From: a virus
Taxonomy: Duplodnaviria; Caudoviricetes
Strand: one strand, 5' to 3'
DNA: 42,883 nucleotides
IMG/VR virus record: IMGVR_UViG_3300020044_003030
Coordinates: 1 to 42,883 of that record
This document shows positions 7,106 through 17,300 of this stretch, piece by piece (position 1 is the first letter of the stretch; each line of letters starts with the position of its first letter). The notes beneath the pieces were generated by a model. It did no database searches. It saw only the letters and a list, made by a program, of their open reading frames with translations, and was not told the DNA's origin. Position numbers and translations under genes: made by a program.

Positions 7106-7386
7106 CCCCCGAGGCGCTTGTGAAGAAGCGCATACGAAAGATTCTCGAAGAAAGCAAAGCGTACTTTGCGATGCCCATCGGCACAGGCTACGGCAACAGC
7201 GGCGTGCCGGACTTCCTCATCTGCAACCGAGGCGGGTTTATCGCAATAGAAGCCAAGGCCGGCAAGGGCAAGACCACCGCGCTGCAAGAGTCGCACCTTG
7301 CAAAGATACGGGATGCCGGCGGCATAGCCATTGTGATCAACGAAGAAAACATTCATGCACTCAAAGGAATACTCAATGGAGACTGA
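7102..7386 (+). CDS. VRR-NUC / Holliday-junction resolvase-like PD-(D/E)xK nuclease
   Basis: MTPEALVK...GVPDFL...FIAIEAKAGKG..TALQ. Confidence 0.85.
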   Translation: MTPEALVKKRIRKILEESKAYFAMPIGTGYGNSGVPDFLICNRGGFIAIEAKAGKGKTTALQESHLAKIRDAGGIAIVINEENIHALKGILNGD

Positions 7387-7654
7387 CATTGATGACGCGC
7401 AGATGATGGAGGCGCTGTCCAAACTGGATGTACAAGCGCAGGAACACTTCCGGGCTGTCGTGCGCCTGCTTGCGCTCTGCTATACAAGCCCTGAGCTTTT
7501 CAGCGGACTGCTGATAACCCGTTGCGAAGACGAGACACTGCTGACATCGCTGAACGCTAACGAGATGGAGGCTGCGGAAATCCTCAGCAACGCAACGAAA
7601 TTCATCGGCGCTGTGGTCACGCATGACGCACCGCCACGAGACCAATTCAACTAG
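7376..7654 (+). CDS. Hypothetical acidic protein
   Basis: AAGGA RBS before ATG 7376; fills the gap to the polymerase gene. Confidence 0.75.
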   Translation: METDIDDAQMMEALSKLDVQAQEHFRAVVRLLALCYTSPELFSGLLITRCEDETLLTSLNANEMEAAEILSNATKFIGAVVTHDAPPRDQFN

Positions 7655-7661
7655 GAACTAC

Positions 7662-9647
7662 ATGAGCGCACCTTACACAACACTGCTGACATTCGATTTT
7701 GAAACTCGCTGGGACAGCAAGGAGTACACGCTGTCCAAGCTCACAACTGAGGAGTACATCCGTGACGATAAGTTCTTGGCTTTCGGAGCGTGCATACATG
7801 AATACGGAACCGATGCAATCACTCAATGGTATAGAGGAGATGAGCTTCATCGAATCCTATCGACCTACGATTGGACTAAGACAGCAGTCCTTGCGCATAA
7901 CGCCCAATTCGATGTTTCCATCCTCTCTTGGCGGTATAACGTCCACCCCTGTTTCATCTTCGACTCCCTGTCAATGGCGCGTGCTCTACGCGGCGTGGAA
8001 GTTGGCAACAGTCTCGCAAAACTTGCAATCGATTTTGGTCTTCCCCCCAAAGGGCGAGCCGTGCATAGTACCGATGGTATGGCCGAGCTGGACGCGCTCG
8101 TGGAATCTGAACTTGCAGACTATTGCAAACACGACGTATATCTATGCGAACGAATCTTTGATCGCTTGGTCAAAGGATACCCCGCGAAGGAACTACGACT
8201 CATCGACATGACGATGAAGATGTACACAAACCCGATGCTTGAGCTTGATGAGGACATGCTGTTCAATGCGCTGCATGAGGAGCGTGAGGCACGCGAGGAA
8301 CTACTCGAGCGACTGCAGATATCTGACGCGGACCTAGCCAGCAATATTCGCTTCGCGGAACTCCTGCGCAAGGTGGGTATGGAGCCGCCGACCAAGAAGA
8401 AGAAACCCACGGTCAGAACGCCCGAGCCTGTCGGAGACAACTACGCGTTCGCCAAGACCGACGCCATGTTCCAAGCAATGCTCAACGGATTTAACGAAGA
8501 TGTGCGCCAGCTATGCGAGGCGCGGCTCAAGGTTAAGTCCACATCCGAGCGCACACGGGCGCAGCGGTTCCTAGACATTGCAGGGCGCGGCACACTGCCG
8601 GTGCCACTGAGCTATTACGGTGCAGCCACGGGCCGGTGGACGGCCAGCAAGGGGAGCGCCATCAACATGCAGAACCTCAAGCGTGGGAGCTTCCTGCGCA
8701 AGGCGATCATGGCACCGGAGGGGCATGTGTGCGTGGTGGGTGACCTGTCTCAGATCGAGCCCCGGGTGCTGGCATGGCTGGCGGACTACGACGACATGCT
8801 GCACATCTTCAATGCCGGCGGGGATCCGTATGCACAGTTCGGTGCACAGATGTTTAACATCCCTGACTTGAGCAAAGAGAGCCATCCGGATTTGAGGCAG
8901 TCGGCCAAGAGCGCGTTGCTCGGTGCAGGATACGGTCTTGGCTGGGCATCGTTCGCAGCGCAGCTACTGGTGGGCTTCCTCGGGGCTCCGCCGCAGCGCT
9001 ACGACAAGGGCTTCGCCAAGAAGCTGGGGGTGACAGGTGACTACATCGAGCGCTTCCTTGAGTGGGACGACAACGTGGTCAAGATGAACGAGATCCCGCA
9101 CACCTGTACGACACAGGAGTTGCTGATCCACTGCGTGGCAGCTAAGAAAATCATCGACATCTACCGTGCCACGGCACACGCTGTTGTGGGGTTCTGGGAA
9201 CTGTGCTCCAGCCTGATCCAGCGTTCGTTGGCGGACGGTGAGGAGTACCGGCACAAGTGTCTTATTTTCAGGAAAGAAGAAATAGTTCTTCCCAGCGGCA
9301 TGAGTTTGTTGTATCCTAACCTTCGTCAGCAGAAAGACAAAGATGGTAGGAGCCAGTGGGTATACGGGCCAGACGCTACCAAGATCTATGCCGGCAAGAT
9401 CACGAACAATGTTACGCAGGGAACAGCACGTGTGGTGATGACTGATGGGATGCTCAGGGTTGCCAAACGCTACCCTGTGGTGGGAACAGTGCATGACGAG
9501 TTGATCGCCATTGCACCGGAGAAGGAAGCGCAAGAGGCGCACAAGTGGGTGCTTGAGCAGATGACGCTCGAGCCGAGTTACATGCCGGGGATTCCTCTGG
9601 CGGCTGACGGTGGCTTTCACCGTAGGTATGGACTAGCAAAAAAGTAG
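7662..9647 (+). CDS. polA: Family A DNA polymerase (3'-5' exonuclease + polymerase)
   Basis: Exo motifs DFET, HNAQFD, YCKHD; TGRW; motif A DLSQIEPRVLA; motif B RQSAKSALLGAGYG; motif C VHDE. Confidence 0.95.
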   Translation: MSAPYTTLLTFDFETRWDSKEYTLSKLTTEEYIRDDKFLAFGACIHEYGTDAITQWYRGDELHRILSTYDWTKTAVLAHNAQFDVSILSWRYNVHPCFIFDSLSMARALRGVEVGNSLAKLAIDFGLPPKGRAVHSTDGMAELDALVESELADYCKHDVYLCERIFDRLVKGYPAKELRLIDMTMKMYTNPMLELDEDMLFNALHEEREAREELLERLQISDADLASNIRFAELLRKVGMEPPTKKKKPTVRTPEPVGDNYAFAKTDAMFQAMLNGFNEDVRQLCEARLKVKSTSERTRAQRFLDIAGRGTLPVPLSYYGAATGRWTASKGSAINMQNLKRGSFLRKAIMAPEGHVCVVGDLSQIEPRVLAWLADYDDMLHIFNAGGDPYAQFGAQMFNIPDLSKESHPDLRQSAKSALLGAGYGLGWASFAAQLLVGFLGAPPQRYDKGFAKKLGVTGDYIERFLEWDDNVVKMNEIPHTCTTQELLIHCVAAKKIIDIYRATAHAVVGFWELCSSLIQRSLADGEEYRHKCLIFRKEEIVLPSGMSLLYPNLRQQKDKDGRSQWVYGPDATKIYAGKITNNVTQGTARVVMTDGMLRVAKRYPVVGTVHDELIAIAPEKEAQEAHKWVLEQMTLEPSYMPGIPLAADGGFHRRYGLAKK

Positions 9648-9656
9648 GAGAACATC

Positions 9657-9947
9657 ATGAACGCAATTCCAACGGCAGTTAAGGTAGGCAAGCAGCCCTA
9701 TCAAGTACAGTACAAACAACGAACGCCTAAGACCATGTACGGCAGCATTTACTATGACCGCAAGATCATTGAGGTGTTCAAGAACGATGACGCAGCGCGG
9801 GAACGTAACACGTTCTGGCACGAGTTGACACACGCCATCCTGCACGAGATGGGACATGAGCTTAGCCGCAACGAGAAGTTTGTCACTGAGTTTGCTGACA
9901 AGCTCAGCGGGGCTGTGGACAGCGCAAGGTTCGACTCGCATGTCTGA
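9657..9947 (+). CDS. Small zincin-like (HExxH) protein
   Basis: YGSI...TFWHELTHAIL...NEKFV; AGGAG RBS. Confidence 0.75.
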   Translation: MNAIPTAVKVGKQPYQVQYKQRTPKTMYGSIYYDRKIIEVFKNDDAARERNTFWHELTHAILHEMGHELSRNEKFVTEFADKLSGAVDSARFDSHV

Positions 9948-10611
9948 GCACCAAGTCAAGTGGAGCCATAGCTCCCTCAAAGATTTCGAAGGCTGTGCTC
10001 GGCGCTACCATGAAGTGAAGGTGCTCAAGAAGTACCCCTTCCAAGAGACCGATGCCACACGCTACGGCGTGCAAGTCCACGAGGCCATCGAGCATTACAT
10101 CAAGGACGGCAAGCCGATCCCGCCACACTACGCGCAGTTCCAGCCGGTGGTGGACGCGATGATGCAGAAGACTGGGCGGGTGCTGGCTGAGTACGAGATG
10201 GCGCTGACCAAGGACTTGAGGGTGTGTAAGTGGGACTCCCCGAATGCGTGGGTTCGCGGTATCGCTGACATCCTGATCGTGGACGACGACAACCTGACCG
10301 CATGGGTGGGGGACTGGAAGACTGGGGGCAACCGCTACCCGGATCGAGACCAGTTGGTGTTGATGTCTATCATGACCTTCGCACACTTCCCACACATACG
10401 CAAAGTCAACAGCGCTTTGCTATTCATTGTCAAGAACGACATGGTCAAGATGCAGATGCAGCGGGATCAAGCCGACGCTGCATGGTGGAAGTACCGTGAG
10501 CGTATCGCACGGCTGGAAGCATCGTTTGCAAACAACGTATGGAACCCAACACAGACACCGCTATGCGGGTGGTGTCAGGTGACCGGGTGTGAATTTAACC
10601 CCAAGCACTAG
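9940..10611 (+). CDS. Cas4/AddB-like PD-(D/E)xK exonuclease
   Basis: WSHSSLK.FEGC, G..VHEAIE, RGIAD, DWKTG, QL and C-terminal CGWC...C (four-Cys staple). Confidence 0.85.
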   Translation: MSEHQVKWSHSSLKDFEGCARRYHEVKVLKKYPFQETDATRYGVQVHEAIEHYIKDGKPIPPHYAQFQPVVDAMMQKTGRVLAEYEMALTKDLRVCKWDSPNAWVRGIADILIVDDDNLTAWVGDWKTGGNRYPDRDQLVLMSIMTFAHFPHIRKVNSALLFIVKNDMVKMQMQRDQADAAWWKYRERIARLEASFANNVWNPTQTPLCGWCQVTGCEFNPKH

Positions 10612-10620
10612 GAGAAAGTT

Positions 10621-10860
10621 ATGACCCAAACCAACGGCAAGCGTGACTACAAGCACGCATACAAACTGCAAAAGAAAACCGGCGAGACGCAAGACCAACT
10701 CGAGCGCCAGAAGGCTCGGGGTATCTATGACAAGAATGGTGTGCCCCGCGATGGCAAAGACATTGACCACATCAAGCCCCTGCGTGCAGGCGGCAAGACG
10801 ATCCCCGGCAACCTGCGCTTGCGCGGGAAGAAGGCCAACCAAGCGGACAACGGCAAGTAA
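10621..10860 (+). CDS. Small HNH-like endonuclease
   Basis: DIDHIKPL..GG....NLRL....N. Confidence 0.7.
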   Translation: MTQTNGKRDYKHAYKLQKKTGETQDQLERQKARGIYDKNGVPRDGKDIDHIKPLRAGGKTIPGNLRLRGKKANQADNGK

Positions 10861-12425
10861 TGGAGATCCTCGACAACAAGGCGGTGCTGATACGCACACG
10901 CAATCCCGGTAAGTACACCGTCATACCCAAGAGCCGCGTCATTGAGGATCATGGCAACGGCGGCTATACAGTGGCGGTGTACTGGGGGCTCGATGAGATG
11001 CGGGTGCTCAAGAACCTCGGAGTCAAGAACACCCCCTCACCTATCTCCCGCAAGTACGACTGGCCCGGGCGCTACATCCCGATGGCGCATCAGATTGAGA
11101 CCGCTTCATTTCTGACGCTGCACCGCAGGGCGTTCTGTTTCAACGAGCCGGGGACAGGCAAGACACTCAGCGCTCTGTGGGCGGCTGACTACCTGATGAA
11201 CCGCGGTGAGGTGCGCAGAGTCTTGATCCTGTGCCCGCTGTCGATCATGCATGCAGCATGGGTAGGCGACATCAACAACAGCGTGATGCATCGCAAAACG
11301 GTGGTCGCCCATCACAGCAGTGCCATGCGCCGCGTCGAGCTTGTTCAAGGTGACTACGAGTTGGTGATCGCCAACTACGAGGGGCTCAACCTGATTGCCG
11401 ACGAGGTCAACAATGATGGCCGGTTTGATCTGGTCATCGTCGACGAGGCGAACGCGTACAAGAACCCCAGCACACAGCGGTGGAAGTCTCTGGCTAAGAT
11501 CATTCACCCGCACACATACCTATGGATGATGACCGGAACGCCTGCCTCACAGACGCCCGTGGATGCGTACGGTCTTGCCAAGCTGGTCAACCCGTCTGGT
11601 GTGCCCAAGTTCGCAACCGCATGGCGGGACAAGGTGATGAACAAGCTGACCGCGTTCAAGTGGGCTCCCAAGCCCGAGGCCAAGAATCTGGTGCACGAGG
11701 TGCTGCAGCCCGCCATACGCTTCACCAAAGAGCAGTGTCTTGATCTGCCGCCGGTTGTGACCGTGACAAGGGATGTGCCGATGTCGCCACAGCAGGCCAA
11801 GTACTACAAGCTGCTCAAAGAACAGATGCTGTTCCAGACAGCCGGCGAGACGATCTCAGCGGTCAATGCGGGTGTCGCCGTCAGCAAGCTGCTCCAGATA
11901 TCGGCAGGCGCTGCGTACACGGACGACAAAGAAACCGTAGAGTTCGATGCCTCACCGCGTATGAAAGTGCTCATGGAGATCCTCGAGGAGACTGACCGAA
12001 AGGTCATCATCTTTGCAATGTTCCGCTCCAGCATCGCCACAATCACCGCCCACTTGACCAAGCACCATATCCCCAACGCACAGATCCACGGGGATGTGAA
12101 CGCCACCAAGCGCGGGCACATCATCAACGACTTTCAGAACACGGATGCGGTGCGTGTTCTTGTCATGCAGCCTCAAGCCACTGCACACGGTATCACGCTG
12201 ACTGCGGCGGACACAGTTATTTTTTATGGGCCGTTGATGAGCGTTGAGATGTATTTGCAGTGCATCGCACGGGCTGACCGCAAGGGGCAAAACTCTGATA
12301 AAGTGACCGTCGTGCATATACAGAGCAGCCCGATTGAGGTGCGGATGTTCAAGGCAATGGCGGGCAAGGTGGGTGAGCATGCGCTGCTCGTCGGGCTGTT
12401 CAACCAAGAGATAAAAAATAATTGA
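10860..12425 (+). CDS. SNF2-family (SF2) helicase
   Basis: PGTGKT, VDEA, MTGTP, HGITLT and Q.IARADRKGQ motifs. Confidence 0.92.
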   Translation: MEILDNKAVLIRTRNPGKYTVIPKSRVIEDHGNGGYTVAVYWGLDEMRVLKNLGVKNTPSPISRKYDWPGRYIPMAHQIETASFLTLHRRAFCFNEPGTGKTLSALWAADYLMNRGEVRRVLILCPLSIMHAAWVGDINNSVMHRKTVVAHHSSAMRRVELVQGDYELVIANYEGLNLIADEVNNDGRFDLVIVDEANAYKNPSTQRWKSLAKIIHPHTYLWMMTGTPASQTPVDAYGLAKLVNPSGVPKFATAWRDKVMNKLTAFKWAPKPEAKNLVHEVLQPAIRFTKEQCLDLPPVVTVTRDVPMSPQQAKYYKLLKEQMLFQTAGETISAVNAGVAVSKLLQISAGAAYTDDKETVEFDASPRMKVLMEILEETDRKVIIFAMFRSSIATITAHLTKHHIPNAQIHGDVNATKRGHIINDFQNTDAVRVLVMQPQATAHGITLTAADTVIFYGPLMSVEMYLQCIARADRKGQNSDKVTVVHIQSSPIEVRMFKAMAGKVGEHALLVGLFNQEIKNN

Positions 12426-12505
12426 AAGGAGCACTTCATGAAGCAAAACTAGGTGTATGATTGTCAAAGGTTTAACAAACCTGCCAGTAATAACAGGAGA
12501 AATAA

Positions 12506-12922
12506 ATGACTGAAAGCAATGAAGGAGCCACTGTCCCGATGGACACGTTGGCCCGGGTGTATCGCAAGATGCAGACAAAGATTCAGCAGATGACCGCCGT
12601 TTATGAGACGGAAGTCGAAGGGCTGAAGGCGCAGCAGGAAGTGGTTAAGACCGCCTTGAAAGACCAGATGCTGGCACTTGGTGTGAAGTCCGTCAACACG
12701 GCGGAGGGCACCGTCATCCTCTCAACGAAGACCCGCTACTCGACCCAAGACTGGGACGCGTTCAAGGAGTTCATGAAAGAGAATGACGCCCTCGATCTGT
12801 TGGAGAAGCGCATTGCGCAGACCAACATGGCTACCTTCCTGCAGGAAAATCCGACCCTTGTGCCGCCGGGTCTCAATAGCAATAGCGAGTACGCAATCAG
12901 CGTACGCAAACCAACCAAATAA
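12506..12922 (+). CDS. Conserved phage replication-module protein (N-terminal coiled coil)
   Basis: AGGAG RBS; DWDAFKEF...LLEKRI...PPGL. Confidence 0.75.
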   Translation: MTESNEGATVPMDTLARVYRKMQTKIQQMTAVYETEVEGLKAQQEVVKTALKDQMLALGVKSVNTAEGTVILSTKTRYSTQDWDAFKEFMKENDALDLLEKRIAQTNMATFLQENPTLVPPGLNSNSEYAISVRKPTK

Positions 12923-12937
12923 CCAAAGGAAAATCAA

Positions 12938-13918
12938 ATGAGTAATGTTGCTCTCTTCAACCCCGGCCAAGTGCCGGCCTTCGCTCGCAAAGCCGAGTTG
13001 TCTGACATGGCTAAGTCCCTCGCAGGGGGCGGTGGTGGTGGTGGACTTCGCGTCAGCATCAAGGGCGGCGTGTTCCGTCTGGTCAACAACGGCAAAGAGG
13101 TGACGGCAATTGATGACCGCCATCTGGACATCGTGCTGGTCAAAGCAGCCCCCAAGGTAGCGCGAGTGTTCTACGCCAAGAGCTACGACTCCGAGAACAC
13201 ATCGGGGCCAGACTGCTGGTCACCTGATGGCGACACGCCCAGCAACGAGTCCACCAGCAAGCAGGCTTCGCGCTGCTCTGAATGCCCCAAGAACATAGCT
13301 GGCTCAGGTCAAGGTCAGAGTCGCGCATGCCGGTATCAGCAGCGTCTGGCTGTGGTGCTCGAGAACGATATGAGCGGGGGTGTGATGCAGTTGGCGCTGC
13401 CGGCTACGTCCATCTTTGGTAAGGCAGTTGAGGACAACCGTCCGCTGCAAGAGTATGCCCGCTGGCTCGTCGCTCAGAACATCAACCCCGAGGCTGTCGT
13501 CACCCGCATGCGGTTCGACACCAAGTCCGAGAGCCCTAAGCTGTACTTCAAGGCGCAGCGCTGGCTGTCAGACGACGAGTACGAAACCATCTTGGAGCAA
13601 GCGGCTTCTGATGACGCGCTCAAGGCCGTCACGATGACCGTGGCGAAGATGGACAACGTAGTGTCGAAGCCCCTCGAGTTGGCCGGCAAACCCCCCGCCA
13701 AGGTTAAGCCCATCCCTGCTCCCGTAGTGGAAGAGGAAGAAGAGGCTCCGCCCCCACCCCCCAAGGCCAAGCCAGCCGCCAAGGCCAAGCCTGCTCCCGC
13801 ACCCGTAGCGGAAGACGAGCCTGATGAGCCTGTCGTGCGCCAAGAAGCCCCCAAGAAACCCACGGCCCCCGCCAAGGGTACGCTGGCTAGTATGGTCAGC
13901 GACTGGGACGACGAGTAA
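12938..13918 (+). CDS. Putative ssDNA-binding/annealing protein with Cys cluster
   Basis: Lies between helicase and primase; DCWS..CSECPKN..ACR; Pro/Ala/Lys linker; acidic DWDDE tail. Confidence 0.6.
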   Translation: MSNVALFNPGQVPAFARKAELSDMAKSLAGGGGGGGLRVSIKGGVFRLVNNGKEVTAIDDRHLDIVLVKAAPKVARVFYAKSYDSENTSGPDCWSPDGDTPSNESTSKQASRCSECPKNIAGSGQGQSRACRYQQRLAVVLENDMSGGVMQLALPATSIFGKAVEDNRPLQEYARWLVAQNINPEAVVTRMRFDTKSESPKLYFKAQRWLSDDEYETILEQAASDDALKAVTMTVAKMDNVVSKPLELAGKPPAKVKPIPAPVVEEEEEAPPPPPKAKPAAKAKPAPAPVAEDEPDEPVVRQEAPKKPTAPAKGTLASMVSDWDDE

Positions 13919-13923
13919 CTTGC

Positions 13924-13948
13924 GCAGGGGCTTCGGCCCCTGCTTTTT
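13924..13948 (+). terminator. Rho-independent terminator
   Basis: GCAGGGGC-TTCG-GCCCCTGC followed by TTTTT. Confidence 0.8.
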
Positions 13949-13951
13949 GCT

Positions 13952-14230
13952 ATGGCCTACCAACCACACCTAATTGCGCTGATCAAGGCACAGCGCCTAA
14001 CCCTTGGCGTTCGCCTCGGACGCTGGGCTGTGTTCCTTGATTTGCCCGCTGCCAAGATTGCACTGGCGATAGGCGCTACCCGCCAGTCCGTGTACAACTG
14101 GATGAAAGGCGGCGAAGTATTCGTTGCGTACCGCCCTGCGGTTACGCGTGTCATTGAATGTATGCAGTCGTCCAAGACGGCTGAAGAAGCATGGGGGAAG
14201 ATATGCACGGAATTCGACCTGAGAACTTGA
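13952..14230 (+). CDS. Cro-like HTH protein
   Basis: AAKIALAIGATRQSVYNWMKG helix-turn-helix. Confidence 0.75.
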   Translation: MAYQPHLIALIKAQRLTLGVRLGRWAVFLDLPAAKIALAIGATRQSVYNWMKGGEVFVAYRPAVTRVIECMQSSKTAEEAWGKICTEFDLRT

Positions 14231-14343
14231 GTGATGCAGAGCTTGTGCGTTACGCATGGCTAACCGGCCCCGCACAACTTACCCCTGATTGGGTTGCGGA
14301 ATTGATCAAGCGCCTTGAGCACAAGCTCGACGATCTGAAATAA
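14203..14343 (+). CDS. Small hypothetical protein (46 aa)
   Basis: MHGIRPENLSDAELVRYA...; GGGGG RBS; fills the gap to the primase gene. Confidence 0.6.
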   Translation: MHGIRPENLSDAELVRYAWLTGPAQLTPDWVAELIKRLEHKLDDLK

Positions 14344-14356
14344 CACAAGGAACGCA

Positions 14357-17300
14357 ATGAAACCGCTTGAGTTTCTAGCGGATGTTCTGCCGTCTCCGGG
14401 TCACGGATGGTACTGTGCGGCGGAACTAAGCTCATCAAAAAAAGAGCACGTGTTTGTTGACGGTGTCGACGCGGTGAAGCCCACGATCAAGCGCTGGCTT
14501 GATCGCAAACGCGACATCTACTTTGCACTGGCAACATTCAAAGACAACGTGGGGGGCCGCAAGGCTACCAACGCGGCCTACATCAAGGCCATCTTCATCG
14601 ACATGGACGGCTACGCATCCAAGAAGGCTGCAGCACTGGCGCTGTCTGAATTTCTGGAGAAGACAGGACTGGACGAGTTCGGCACGCCGCACATCGTCGG
14701 CTCGGGTGGGGGTTTGCACTGCTACTGGGTACTGACAGCACCCGTGGACATCGCGACATGGAAGCCGATAGCAGAGAACTTCAAACGTCTGTGTAAACAG
14801 GAGGGTCTAAATATTGACCAGACGGTAACTGCCGACGCAGCGCGGGTGCTGCGCATACCCAGCACGTTTAACTTCAAGAAGAAGTATCCTGAGCCACGCC
14901 CGGTTCAGTTCCTTGCGCAGGGCAGCGGGCCGATTGATCTGAAGCGCTTCGGCGCAACGATCCGTGGGCTGTTGACAGCGGCGTTCGCGCCGGCCAGCAA
15001 TGCGTTCGTGGCAACCAGTGTAGATTTTCCCGGAACCCGGTCAAGCAAAGCACAGACTGCACGGTCTGCTGCAGCAGAAGCCATGATGAACAACAGCGTC
15101 ACACGGTTCGAGCCTATCTGGATAAAGTCCGAGAAGAGCATGGGGTGCGGGCAGCTTGAGTTCTACATAAAGAACGCGGAGCAAGACGGCATGGAGCCGC
15201 TGTGGCGTGGGCTGCTGTCATGGGCCAAGGTATGCGACGACGGGCTGGAGCACTCTACCAAGCTGACCGCTCTGCACCCGTACACCATTGACCGGATGCA
15301 CCAGAAACTGTCAGAGATCAAGGGGCCGTACCCCTGCATCAAGATGGACAGCGAGAACCCGGGCGTGTGCCCCAAGTGTCCGCACTGGGGTCAGATCACC
15401 AACGCGCTGGCGCTGGGGCGGGAGGTACGCACTGATAACCGGGAGAAGGAGATAGAGATCCCGCTGCAGGCGGGGGACGACACCACAGTCGACATGGACG
15501 CGGAGTACCTACAGGATGACCTGACAGAGGAGTCAGACGAGTCCTCGACACCGCAGAATGTCCGCACTCGAAAAGCAACGCGCCCAACCCCACCACGCAA
15601 CTTCAGCTATGGGGAACACGGCGGCGTGTTCGTGGATATCAAGGAGAAAGACGCTACCGGCGTGGAGATCAAGACACAGGTATCGGTACTACCGTATGAC
15701 CTGTTTGTCGTCGACATGCTGCGTATGGATGAAAAGGAGCACTATGCACACTTAATGGCAATCAAAAAGATAGGCCAGACTGGCGAGTCCAAGCTGACCG
15801 AGTACACCCCCGTCATCATGCCGAGTAAAGCGGCAGTATCAAAAGAGGAACTAATCAAATGTCTAGCATCACACAACATCTACGCTGCAAGAGGGGCCGT
15901 CATGGACGGTCACCTCTATAACTACGTGAGGGCCTGTATCGAGGAGTCCGCGCTGTTGCGCAAGGCGGTGGACGTTCCTATTCAATTTGGCTGGCAGAAG
16001 GATCGCTCCTTCGTTTACAACAACCGTGTGTTCCGTCGCGACGGCACAGAGATCCCAGTCCCGATGCCCGGGCTGGAGAACATCAACCGCGGCACCAACA
16101 GCAAGGGTACTATCGAAGGCTGGCGCAAGCCGTGGCAGTTGCTGATCGAGAAGAAGATGGACACCATGCTGGCGCTCTGTCTGGACAGCTTCGGCTCTCC
16201 GCTCATGCAGTTCTCGGACTACGAGGGCTTTGTCTGGCACATCGGCTCGACGGGCTCCGGCACGGGCAAGTCGCTGACGCTCAGCTTGAAGGCCGGCGTC
16301 TGGGGGCATCCCATCCGCTATCGCACAGGTAAGGGAACATCGCCGGTTGCCATGCAGCAACGCGCTGGACTGCTCAACAGCATGCCGCTACTGATCGACG
16401 AGATCACTACCAAGACCCGCAACGATACGGAGTGGGCTCCAGCGTTCATCTTCGACATCTCTGAGGGGCAAGGCAAGGAGCGCATGGAGTCGGGTACAAA
16501 CAAGGAGCGTATCAATAACAGCACGTGGGCGCTAACCTGTACGCTGACATCCAACACGCACATGACCGACATCCTGACGGGTGCTCGGAAGCATTCATCT
16601 CACGGTGAGATGATGCGTATGCTGGAGTGGACGCCCTCCAAGGAACTGGAGTTCAGCGAACGTGAGCGCTTGACGCTCAAGGAACTGCGCCGGAACTACG
16701 GCGTGGCGGGTGAAGCGTGGGTGCGGTGGCTGGTGCAGAATCAGGAGATTGCCCGGGCAGTGTGGCTGCGGACTCACGAGGAGCTACGTGTATTGCTGGG
16801 GTTCACCGATGAAGAGCGGTACTGGCATGCGGCCTGTACGTCGACGGTGGCGGCAGGCATCCTGATCGGCAGCAGCTATGCGAATCTGCTGGACGTACCG
16901 ATCAAGTCTGTGATCAAAGCGCTCAAAGCTTTGGTGGTAGATGCCCGGATCGCACACGTGAAGTCAGCCCGCAATGCCGAGGATGTGCTGAACACGTTTA
17001 CCCGTGAGTACTATGGCCGGTTCGTGGTTGTGCGCAAAGACGCCCACAACAAGCTGCTGGCTGAGATGGGGCGCGATGTGACTGGCAAGACCAGCACGCG
17101 GAACACGGTGATGGCCCGTATTGAACATGGTACGCGTCACGCTGGGTTCGTCGAGTACTACGTGGAGGAGCAGATACTCAAGCAGCACTGCGCGTCAATG
17201 AGCTTCGGGTTCTCGGACTTCCGACGACAGCTTGAGGCTATGTCTGAGGAGGGTTACAACGTGCGCTTTGGCGTCAAGAAGGACATGCTGGCGTACACCG

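Noticed and set aside
12426-12505. Sigma70 promoter with -10 TATGAT at 12456-12461
   Set aside because: No credible -35 at 16-18 bp spacing and no extended -10 TG; too weak to call
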